In this document: one piece after another, positions 13,550 through 23,688 of the stretch
Layout: every line of letters starts with the position of its first letter
Position numbering within the stretch: position 1 is the stretch's first letter
Source of the DNA: Vicugna vicugna
Taxonomy: Eukaryota
Assembly: GCA_013265495.1 (NCBI GenBank)
Contig: MU061538.1
Location: 186,001-250,000, forward strand
Length of the DNA stretch: 64,000 nucleotides
Reading direction: 5' to 3'
Notes under the pieces: generated by a model
What the model was told of the DNA's origin: nothing
The model's input: the letters and a program-made list of their open reading frames with translations, nothing else
Databases searched by the model: none
Position numbers and translations under genes: made by a program

Positions 13550-15642
13550 GTAAGTGGGCCCGGCCACACACAGCTGAGGGTCTGGGCCCGCCTCTGCCCT
13601 GCCCACTCACGGCCACCCCTGGGGTGGCTCCACGAGCAGAGGGGAGGTTCTGGGTGAGTTTTGTTTTGCTTTTGATGCTTCTGGAGAGCTTCGTGGAGCT
13701 GAAACTTCTCGGGGTGTTATTAAAAGGAGAGAAAATGGAAAATCAGTGGAAGTGAGACAGGCCCTCTCTGTAGACGTTTGTGTCTGTGTGTCTGCATCTG
13801 CGTCAGTCCCTGTAGCCTGGGGTTTTCGGGTGATTTGTGAGGAGCCCTGCGACAGTGGGTGGTGGGGTCTGGTGTCCTGCCCCGCCGCCCACCCTTGCCC
13901 CCTGGCTCCAGGTCTGCTCTTGGGCAGCAGCAGGCTCTCCATCCTGTGGGCCCCGTTTTCCTTTCTTGTTAGCTGGAGAAGACTCTGGTGCTTTGTGTCT
14001 TCAAGGAGGGCTCAACACCCACAGTGTGGGGCCTGAAATGTCCGAGCGGGGCAGCCCCCGGGCCTGAGCTCTGGAGGGCAGGTGCCTCCGCTTCTCTCAT
14101 GGGGCTTCGCTCAGGGGGCCAGACGCATGGTGCTCTGAAATGATGAGCAGAAGACCCCACGACCACGACACACATGGCCCTTCACACGTCGATGGGGGTT
14201 AGCCTGATCACATGCTGGGAAGGCAGTCTAGCCGGTCTGCACTCAGGACATCAGACAGTGGGTTCTCCCCTCCTGTAGCGCCTGGCTTCATGGGTTTGGG
14301 GATGGGTTTGGCCCCTGCCTACATCTTGCCCGCAGCACTTAGCACCTGCCCAGGCCCCCTGGCTCTGTGCACAGGGGGTATGGGTGGAGCCCACCTGCCA
14401 GGACTCACGGGCCCCTGGGACCTTCTGTCCAGCCTAGTGAGGCCCTTGGGGCGAAAGGTGCCTCTGCCCGACCTCCTTGACTAGCTCGCCCTCGCTGGGC
14501 CCCCACGGGATGCTGTTTGAGGGTCTGAAGGCCTGAGACCAGGCACAACAAACATCCGTGGTGAGTAAGTCCTGTGCCGGTGTGGATTTCAGGGCCAGGA
14601 GCAGCTGTGTGTCTGTGTCCCCGCAGCTCGCCTGCCCGGGGGATGCTGCTGGCAGGTGGGTGGCTCTGTTGTGTTTTTTCATTTTGGGGGGAATTCTGTG
14701 CAGGTTGTGACAAGCAGTGGCCTGGACTGGAGGAAAGTACAGCAGAGGCTTGGCGATCCAAGGTTACCAGGCTTGTGGCCGCCGCATGGCTGGCCAGCCT
14801 GGGTGCCTCCACCGCGTCCACCCACCGTTGGCCTCTCGCTGGCCCTGCAACCCCGGGTCAGGACTGCACTCGTGCAGCTTTTATTTAAAGGCAGCTTTTA
14901 AAACATAATTTTATTAAAAAAACACGACACCTGCCCTGACTCGGTGAAATCTGATTGTGAAGGAAACAGGTGTGTGTGTTCCATTTAATCAGAGATGAGG
15001 GTGGTGCTGTCAGAATAAAGGCCAAAGCTCTGTCTCCCACTCCGTCCTTGACAAAACTCCCGCCTGGGGGTTGTGCCCTTTCACAGAGGCTTCCCGTCCC
15101 TGGCCTCAGCCCGCCTCCCTGGCGTGGAGTCACTGTAACGTCATATGAGAGAATGGCTGCAGGCTCTGTGGAAGGGGAAGGCAGTCCAGGTGTAAATATC
15201 AACACGCGGGCCCTGGGCCTGGAGGCAGATGGAATCTGATGCTGTCTCTAGTGCAGTTATGGCCCCCCAGGGATGTGGCAGAGCCGGCCCGCAGGAGTGC
15301 GGAGTGCTGGCCTGGCCCTGTGGTCACTGCTGGTGGCTGTGGGCTGAGCCTGGCGGCCTGTGGGCTGGGCTGGGCTGGGCTGAGCTGGGCTGGGAGGAGT
15401 GGCCCGCAGCCGCTCAAGGCCATGAGGGGGCCACTGCATGGAGTCCAGAAGGCTCAGTGGTCAGACACAGGGCTCCTCTCTCCTCCCCGCCTTTTCTTGG
15501 CATACAGGTAGAAGTGTGTAATCCTACTAACCTTGTGTGTGTTTTCAAAAATCCCAAAGGACCTTGTTAACCACAAGTAAAAGTAGACTATTTGTGTGGG
15601 ATAAGACATTTTATAAAGAAAAGTCCAAAGATAAACAGACTG

Positions 15643-16333
15643 ACCACCTCGCACCTATTAGGACAGCTACTGTGTGGAAAACCAGAAAATTACAAGTGTT
15701 GGTGAGGACACGGAGAAATCGGAACCCTCATGTGCTGTTGGTGCGAATGTAAGATGGTGCAGCTGCTGTGGAAAACAGTACGGTGGTTCCTCAAAAAATT
15801 AAAAATACGGTTACCACAGGATCCAGAAATTCCGCTTCTGGGCATATACTCAGAAGAGTGGAAGGGACTAAAGAGATATTTGTACATCACGTTCACAGCA
15901 GTGTTATTCACAGTAGCCAGGAAGCCACCCACACAGTCACTGACATGAACAGAAAGCAAAACGTGGTCCATCCATACGATAGAACATTATTCAGCCTTAA
16001 AAAGGAGGGAAATTCTGACACGTGCTGCAACATGGATGAACCCTGTGAAAATTATGTAAGTGGAATAAACCAGGTGTAAAAAGACTGATAATGGATGATT
16101 CTTCTCATGAGGCCCCTGGAAGAGACAGAACGTAGGACCGGGGGGCCAGGGGCTGGGGAGGGGGTGGGGAGTTGTGTTTAGCAGGGACAGAGTTTCAGTT
16201 TGGAAGGATGAGAAAGCTCTGAAGATGATGGTGATGTCTGCACAGCCGTGTGGATGTACTTAGTGCCACTGAGCTGTGCATCTGAAGATGGTTAAGATGC
16301 TGCATTTTATGTATATTTTACCACAATTATGAA
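15643..16333 (+). mobile_element. 5'-truncated L1 (L1MB-like) 3' end with a 16-bp TSD
   Basis: Carries the L1 ORF2 C-terminal peptide [39 protein letters not shown] and an L1MB-type 3' UTR (agagtttcagtttggaaggatgagaaagctctg...gccactgagctgtgca). Flanked by aaagataaacagactg (15627-15642) and aaagataagcagcctg (16334-16349). Confidence 0.85.
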
Positions 16334-16525
16334 AAAGATAAGCAGCCTGGGGAAACCGCTAGCAACATGGCAGACCGAGGGCTTGTCTTCTTCATTACAA
16401 AGAGCTCCTATGGTGTAAGAACAGGCAAAGAGTTCTGCAGGAAGGCGCCTGAGGACGTGAACAGTGATTCACAAGGGCAGGTGGACAGCCCGTGTGTTGC
16501 TCTGGAACTACTGGGGCTGCAGCCA

Positions 16526-17224
16526 TGTTGCAGAAAAGTATGTTACAGCTCAGTTGTGACAGCAACCTGCATCCCGGCAAGAGACCAAGCAGCACTTAGC
16601 TGAAGAACTCAGGTTTATTATACCAGCAGGCCCAGAGGAGTTAACACTTCAAGCTCTGGACCCCATCTATAGGTTTACACAGGCCTTTTATAGGCTGCCT
16701 GTTTTACACTTTGCAACATCATATGCAAATAAAATACAACAGGAGTTGACCAACCAGGAACAAGCTTTGTAGAAATAGACCAATCAGGAGTGAGAGAAAT
16801 AACCAATCAGGAGTGAGGGGAATGGACCAATCAGAAGTGAGAGAAATAACCAATCAGGAGTAAGCTCCATGCAAATGAAGTACTACAAATGGACCAATCA
16901 GAAGTTAGGGAAGTGGACCAATCAGAAGTGAGAGAAATAACCAATCAGGAGTAAGCTCCATGCAAATGAAGTACTACAAATGGACCAATCAGAAGTTAGG
17001 GAAGTGGACCAATCAGAAGTGAGAGTAGTAACCAAACAGGAGTGAAGGAAATAACCAAGCAGCAGTGAGCTCAGGGAACCAATAGCATTTTAGGGGTAAG
17101 TAAGCCGTTTCAGAGGCAGAAAGTGAGATAGAGCCTCTGGGCCAGGGAACCGGATGGTGCCATCACGAGAGCAGTGGCCCTGCCTGGGGGCCCTGCCGGT
17201 TTTTTTATGGGGCTTCCCGCCTCA
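16526..17224 (-). mobile_element. ERV1-class solo LTR (~699 bp), antisense to PTPRN2
   Basis: TG...CA termini (the minus strand starts tgaggcggg and ends ...tgcaaca). The 4-bp TSD is gcca (16522-16525) / gtca (17225-17228). On the minus strand, the CCAAT-rich U3 repeats, TATAAAA (16686-16692) and AATAAA (16614-16619) occur in the correct order. Confidence 0.85.
16723..17085 (-). promoter_or_regulatory. LTR U3 enhancer array: 9x CCAATCAG, 1x CCAATAG and 3x octamer ATGCAAAT
   Basis: CCAAT at 16780, 16803, 16827, 16850, 16894, 16918, 16941, 16985, 17009 and 17079. ATGCAAAT at 16723, 16869 and 16960. A 91-bp tandem duplication spans 16824-16914 and 16915-17005. Confidence 0.75.
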
Positions 17225-18338
17225 GTCATAAACCCTGCTGGTCAGGCAGCCTGGAAGTAAAAAGGCAAGGGACGTGCGGTGCTGGAGAGGAGGCAGGGAG
17301 TGGGCGCCGCACTTGCTGTCAGGGTGTGAGCCCTGACACTCTTTCAGCATGCACCCTGCAAATACCTATCACGTGAAAAAGACTGTAATTTGACTTACTT
17401 TTGAGATTCACGTGTAGGAAAAAGCAAAGGCATCTGACAAACCCAGTCACACCTGCAGACCCACTGATGTGGGGGCGGTTTCATCACCTACAGTGGGTCC
17501 ACGGCGGGAAAGGGGTGAAGCTGCTTAAAATGAGCTAAATGTCTATTTCCTGGGCAGGAAAACGCGGCGCAGTGGCCCTCGTGGACCTCACTTTCTGTGT
17601 GCATCTCCCTCCCTGCATGACCAGGCAGAAGGTGTGGGGGGACCCCTGGTGTCTTTTGGAGACAGTCTGCAGAGGGTGTACACTGACGTGTAAATGTCTT
17701 TGTATTGATTTCTTTATGGAAGTGGTCTTGTCTTCCTTCTGTAATAAAACTAACCTAATAAAGACCTTTCAGAGTCTGGTGAGCTGGGTTGGAAAGGCAG
17801 GTCTGGTTAAGGCCTGCTGCCTGGGGCGCTGACCGTACAGGCTGGGACTTCAGCCCCAGCACAGGGGCAGCCCTGGGGGAGCCACCAGGCCCCGTTCTGG
17901 CTGCAGATGGAAGCTTCTTGTGAAGAAGATAGAAGATGTCTTGGGTGTCTGAGGTGGGTGGGCAGGAGGACAGATGGTACCAGGAACGTGGTCTCCAGGG
18001 TGGGTTAGCACGGGCAGGTCACTGGACAAGAAACTGGACACAGAACAGCCCCGACGTCCAGTGATGGACACTCACGGGGGCGGGGGTGGAGGGAGCACAG
18101 GCCTTGGCTGGGGAAGGGACAGCAGCCTCCTCCAGGAAACGGCACCCGTCACCACGGCAAGAGCCTCGCTGGGCCCTGTTGGGGGGGTTGGGAGTGTCTC
18201 TGAATTGGGAAGAGGCCTGGGGTCAGGTCTCAGGCCAGCCGCTGCGTCTTTCTTGACTCGGCCCTTCCAGGGTCTCAGGTGTATGACTGCCGGTCATCAG
18301 CTGTAAAGCTCTGGGCTCCCAGCGTGGGAAGGAGCCAC

Positions 18339-19217
18339 CCTCTGTCCCTCTCTCCCTCTGCCCCTCCCTCCCTCCCTCCCTCTGTCCTTCCTTCCCTCCC
18401 TCCTTCTGTCCTTCCCTCCCTCCCTCCTCCCTCTGTCTCTCCCTCCCGTCCTCCCTCCCTCCCTCTGTCCTTCCCTCCCTCCTNNNNNNNNNNNNNNNNN
18501 NNNNNNNNNNNNNNNNNNNNNNNNNNNNNNNNNNNNNNNNNNNNNNNNNNNNNNNNNNNNNNNNNNNNNNNNNNNNNNNNNNNNNNNNNNNNNNNNNNNN
18601 NNNNNNNNNNNNNNNNNNNNNNNNNNNNNNNNNNNNNNNNNNNNNNNNNNNNNNNNNNNNNNNNNNNNNNNNNNNNNNNNNNNNNNNNNNNNNNNNNNNN
18701 NNNNNNNNNNNNNNNNNNNNNNNNNNNNNNNNNNNNNNNNNNNNNNNNNNNNNNNNNNNNNNNNNNNNNNNNNNNNNNNNNNNNNNNNNNNNNNNNNNNN
18801 NNNNNNNNNNNNNNNNNNNNNNNNNNNNNNNNNNNNNNNNNNNNNNNNNNNNNNNNNNNNNNNNNNNNNNNNNNNNNNNNNNNNNNNNNNNNNNNNNNNN
18901 NNNNNNNNNNNNNNNNNNNNNNNNNNNNNNNNNNNNNNNNNNNNNNNNNNNNNNNNNNNNNNNNNNNNNNNNNNNNNNNNNNNNNNNNNNNNNNNNNNNN
19001 NNNNNNNNNNNNNNNNNNNNNNNNNNNNNNNNNNNNNNNNNNNNNNNNNNNNNNNNNNNNNNNNNNNNNNNNNNNNNNNNNNNNNNNNNNNNNNNNNNNN
19101 NNNNNNNNNNNNNNNNNNNNNNNNNNNNNNNNNNNNNNNNNNNNNNNNNNNNNNNNNNNNNGTCCCTCCATCCCTCCGTCCCCCATCCCTCCTCCCCTCC
19201 TTGTCCTTTTCCTCCCT
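18339..19217. repeat. (CCCT)n/CT-rich polypyrimidine tract spanning an assembly gap
   Basis: ccctccctccctccctctgtcc... occurs on both sides of the N run. Confidence 0.85.
18484..19161. other. Assembly gap (678 N)
   Basis: Run of N. Confidence 1.
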
Positions 19218-20959
19218 AAGGCCTCTCGAGGTCTGAAGGAAGCAGGCCAAATCAGTATTGCTGTGGGAAGTGCTCAGAACATTTTTTTCATCTTCATGTT
19301 TGGTGATCACGGCTGGGCTTGTCAGCTGTTGGCTGTGACCTGCCCGGGCACCCGGCACACCACAGCAAATCTGATAAACAGACCTGATCTGCTTTATTGC
19401 ACTGGAAAAAATAGAATAACAAGAAGCTTTAATTTGACAACTGGGAGACTGTGAAAAAGTACAGTCAGCTTGAAAAGAGATTAGGCAGCGGCAATAAAAT
19501 CAGCGTGGTATGAATCATGGGCCGGCCGGAGCGCTGGGGAAGGCCCGTGTGGTCCGGACGTCTGGAGGCCGCCGGCCCCGGAGACCTGCTCTCGGCCCCG
19601 GCTGGCTCTGCGGGAGGGCACGGCGGGGGTGGTTCCAGACCCTCCAGCTCCTAAGGCTAGTGGGGTTTCCATGGAATGGCTTTACAAAACCAGCTTTATG
19701 ATAACCGTTTTCACCACTTTTTAGGAAGACGGTGGTCCTGTTTTGGCCACTGAGGTTTGGGTAGTGAAAGCCACGCTGTGGAGTTACTGGGTCGCTGGTT
19801 CTCGACTTGGCAGTAATGTCCTGGCTGGGCTTCTCGACTCCGCAGAGGTGGAGTCTGGCTGTAGTTTTTTACAGATAAGTCACAGGTTCATGACGCTACA
19901 AATGTCGCATAAAGATGTTGACATCGTGGCCGTTGAAGGAGGGGCCACGTTCTGATGGCTTTAATCTTCACCAGTGAGGCTTTCCTGGGCAGTTCCGGGT
20001 CCAGAAGTGCACTCTTGGGCGCCACCGTGCAGGATCTGCGTGTCGGCCCCCTCCCGAGGCCCTGGGGCGTGTTGGGAAGTGGCGGCCATGGGCCGTCACC
20101 TCCTCCTGTCCACGTCCCCGGCGGCGCTCCCGGGCTGCTGTGGTGAACACACATGAGGCCAGCCACGTGGCGTTGAGGGAGCAGGACGGGACTCAGGACG
20201 GCGCTGTTCTGAGGTCCGAAACTCGTGGGGCGGCCTCGGGGGCCGGTTCCCTCGACAAGGCCCTGAGTCCTGGGGGAAGCCGTGCCCCCGCCTGCTGTCT
20301 GCCCAGTGGTGCGGCCCGCGGTTTCTCCCGTGTCCTGGGGGTCTGTGTGTCTGAGGTCGGAGGCGGGCTTCTTTGAGGAAGCAGGGGCTTCTGCGGAGTC
20401 CTGGGCTGGTCGGGTCTTGTCTCTGTGTCCTCAGGTCTTGTGACGTCCTGCCCTGTCCTGGGGGGCGGCTTGGGAAGACAGTGTGTCCCCGCCGCCTGGG
20501 GCAGCCTCGGGGGGTGGGCCTTGAGTGGCTGACATCCAGCAACGTCCCCGAGGGCCCCGAGGAACGGCTCCATCCCCTGCAGCAGACGGACCCACGGACC
20601 TGCAGACAGATCCTGGGCTGGCTCAGTCGCTACGCTGGGGGTGTCGTCCTCACGGCTGCCCGGAGAGCAGGCAGGTGGGGTCTCCCACCCTTTCACTGCG
20701 TGGAAATCCTCTCCGAGCAGGGGCGCACTTGCCCGGGGGTGCTGGCTCCGTGTGGCTGGGCCCCTGTGGCTCTCCGGAAGCCCCCTGCGCCCTGGCCTCT
20801 TCGGCTGGGCCCTCCTCTGCCTGCCGGGTCTGCAGGCCTTTCCTCCCATGTCTCTTGCCAAGCGAGACGGGCTCGTATTAAACACCCTGAAAAGCAGAAA
20901 ATGCGAGGAAAATAGAAGTCACTGCCTAGGGAGAGCCTCACGTCTGTGGTAGCAGCTTA

Positions 20960-21545
20960 GGGCGTTTCTCCAGCCTTTTTGCCTACACGTGTCTTGCACA
21001 GCTGTCATCATATTAAACCTACAGACTGTTCCTGAGGTTTTCAGTCAACAAGCCACCACCTGTGTTTTTCTGACGCTGTTATTGGCTGTTCGCAAGTTTC
21101 CTCTTTAATGTCTGCCTAATACTCCAGTCGTGTGAGTGTTACACAACTGTAAAAAAGCTTTTTCGTGTTTTTAAATATTTGGGATATGTCCGCTGTTGTT
21201 TAAATTAATGTAGGCACCTCCGCAAAGAAGAGCCTTGTTCTTGACGTTTTCAGTCGTGTTTTGGGTGGCTCTCCTAGAGTACGTTCTCGTGACCAGACCC
21301 CGGGTCAGGGCCGTGGGCTTTGGAGGCGCGTGACGCACGCTGGCACGTGCTCCTACTTGTGCTTCCACAGAATGCGTGGAAGGGGACACCTCACTTCCCA
21401 GCAAAAGCACGGTCTTTTAAAATCTTTGCAAATTGACTTTCTGTTTTTATGTATGGGTAGTTGATTATTACACCTTCGGAATTTATTTTTAGGACACACA
21501 TCTGCTTTTGGACGACTTCCCATTAGAGTTATTGGCCATGGAATC
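20960..21545 (-). mobile_element. Ancient L1ME/L1MC-like 3' relic, antisense
   Basis: AT-rich stretch (ctctttaatgtctgcctaatactccagtcgtgtgagtgttacacaac...tcctagagtacgttctcgtgaccagaccccgggtcagggc...ttttaaaatctttgcaaattg) resembling the reverse complement of an old L1 ORF2 end and 3' UTR. Confidence 0.55.
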
Positions 21546-21588
21546 AAATCCACTGTAAAACAAACTTAGACACCTGCCTTCCTAACAT

Positions 21589-22158
21589 CAGGGTGTGTGT
21601 GGGTTAACCAGGGTGCCTGAGGGGTTAATCAGGGTGCGTGTGGGATTAACCAGGGTGCGTGTGGGGTTAATCAGGGTGCCTGTGGGGTTAATCAGGTTGC
21701 CTGTGGGATTAACCAGGGTGCGTGTGGGATTAACTAGGGTGCCTGTGGGGTTAACCAGGGTGCGTGTGGGGTTAACCAGGGTGCCTGTGGGGTTAACCAG
21801 GGTGCGTGTGGGATTAACTAGGGTGCCTGTGGGGTTAACCAGGGTGCGTGTGGGATTAACTAGGGTGCCTGTGGGGTTAACCAGGGTGCGTGTGGGATTA
21901 ACTAGGGTGCCTGTGGGGTTAACCAGGGTGCGTGTGGGATTAACTAGGGTGCCTGTGGGGTTAACCAGGGTGCGTGTGGGATTAACTAGGGTGCCTGTGG
22001 GGTTAACCAGGGTGCGTGTGGGGTTACTCAGGGTGGTTGTGGGATTACCCAGGATGCGTGTGGGATTACCCAGGGTGCCTGTGGGGTTAACCAAGGTGCG
22101 TGTGGGGTTAACCAGGGTGCCTGTGGGGTTAACCAGGGTGCGTGAGGGATTACACCCA
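21589..22158. repeat. 21-bp G-rich minisatellite (~27 copies) with a 42-bp higher-order dimer
   Basis: Unit cagggtgc[g/c]tgtggg[g/a]ttaac[c/t]. Five perfect 42-bp dimers run from 21805 to 22014, with another at 21721-21762. The edges are degenerate. Confidence 0.97.
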
Positions 22159-23471
22159 GACACCCCCGTGGCCTCTCCCAGGAGGACGTGAGTTCTTTCT
22201 CGCCAGCGTCACTTTGAAACACTTACTCTTTTTTCTCTAATGGCCAGGATTGTTTGAGTTTCTTCTTCAAAGTTGCCCTTCTGGTGTGTGACCCTCGGTC
22301 TCGGGTACCCTGTGCTCAGGAACCCAGTCCCTGCCGGCCACCCCACCAACCCTGCAGTGTCTTCCGTTTCTCTGGTTTTCATTCTCACAAGGGCCTGAGC
22401 CCCTGGCCAGTCCCGTCTCCCCTCCGCCCTCCTGCGTGGCGCCGGCCACGACCCTGCCGTCCCCCAGGCCCGAGACACCCAGCGTCCTCCGCCTGCAGGG
22501 CCATGTCTGGGCTCTGGGTTACGCATTAGAACTCAGTGAGTCAGTGTAGGAGTCTCACTGCTCACGTTTGCACCTGTTAAGTAGATCTTTCAAGGGAAGT
22601 CTTTGTTTTGTTTTTCCTGATTATAACTTGTAAAATCTGGAAGGAAAGAAAGAAAGGACCCAGTAAGAATTACCCCAGAGGTGACATCGCAGCTCGCTCT
22701 GCTGCCTCCGTTCGAGCACGTTCTCTTCCTCTTTCTCTACAGTTTCACACGTGATGTTTGTTGTGCTCGAACTGTGCAGGTGGGCGCACTGCCTCGCTTG
22801 GGAGGTAGAGCAGTGTTGCTCCCCGTGGGCCCCTTCCGAGCTATTTTGATGAGAGAAGATGGCAGAAGTCTTATTTATAAAAGAGGAAAATATTAGTCCC
22901 TGGAGTACTTCCCCGCCTTTCTCTTTTTGGTTTATCATGTGCTGATTCAAAAACGGATCACACGGATAGTCCACGGACACGTTCTCATGAAGAGTGAACG
23001 GCGTGGGAAGACAGAATAATCAGGAAGTGGCATGTTCGCCCCGTGTGCCCTCGCCCCGCCAGGGCTGCGGCTTTGACCCGCTGCTCTGTACCTGGCCAGG
23101 CCCTTCCCCATGTGCGTTCCAGGGAGCGCGCCAGGTGCCTGCTGTGAGAAGATCTAGCCAGGAGCACGCCTGCCGGTCTGAGCCTCGGCACTGTGCTTGG
23201 TGACCGAGCCGTCTGTGTTGTCCAAGGCTGCTCTGCGTGCAGACCCTCCGCTGACAGGTGCAGGACGACGTCACTGGCATGACCGGGAGGCTCGTTCCAG
23301 TCCCAAATTCCAATCAATCAAAACTAAAAGGGAATGGAAATTAATTACTGAGTTAAATGATGTGAGGCAGGGTTTAATTTGGCGTGTTAACCGGAGAGAA
23401 ATGCAACACTGAGCCTCGTGTTAATGACTTGAGATGAGTTGAAATTGATTCAGCTCCATTTGAGCACAGGC

Positions 23472-23688
23472 TGCACACACATGCTCACATGCACATGCAC
23501 ACACACGCACACGTGCACACACGCAATGCATGCACACACCACATGTGCGTGCACACATACATACACGCACACACCATGCACATGCACATGCACGCACACG
23601 CACATATACACACCTCACACATGTGCACACATGCTCACGCACGAACACATGCATGCCTCACGTGTGCACGCACATGCACACACACACG
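23472..23688. repeat. Degenerate (CA)/(CATG)/(CACG) alternating purine-pyrimidine tract
   Basis: tgcacacacatgctcacatgcacatgcacacacacgcacacgtgcacac... about 215 bp long. Confidence 0.9.

Larger units (their letters stand above)
15560..17770 (+). mobile_element. Ancient L1ME-like ORF2 3'/3' UTR relic, interrupted by an L1MB-like insertion and an ERV1 LTR
   Basis: The pieces 15560-15642, 16334-16525 (gagggcttgtcttcttcattacaaagagctccta...ggacgtgaacagtgattcaca) and 17225-17770 read as collinear degenerate L1 ORF2-end sequence once the two inserts are removed. Confidence 0.55.

Noticed and set aside
15340..15394. GGGCT/GAGCT pentamers resembling immunoglobulin switch repeats
   Set aside because: Only about 55 bp long with no Ig context; an ordinary microsatellite.
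15474..15513. Recursive-splice-like YAG|GT sites (about 15508, 28169 and 30776)
   Set aside because: Each lacks either a good regenerated donor or a polypyrimidine tract.
16770..17085. Regularly spaced CCAATCAG repeats as a CRISPR-like array
   Set aside because: The DNA is mammalian, the spacers are short and themselves repeated, there are no cas genes, and the array sits inside an LTR U3.
18275..19454. ORFs of 303-391 aa spanning the N run
   Set aside because: Artefacts of translating through the assembly gap.
21589..22158. Interstitial telomeric repeat (GGGTTA is present in many units)
   Set aside because: There is no tandem TTAGGG; the hexamer is embedded once in a 21-bp unit.
21588..22191. 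Stop-free repeat peptides on both strands (LVNPTGT / VGLTRVP)
   Set aside because: They follow from a 21-bp unit that has no stop in those frames. There is no splice or start context and no known protein match.
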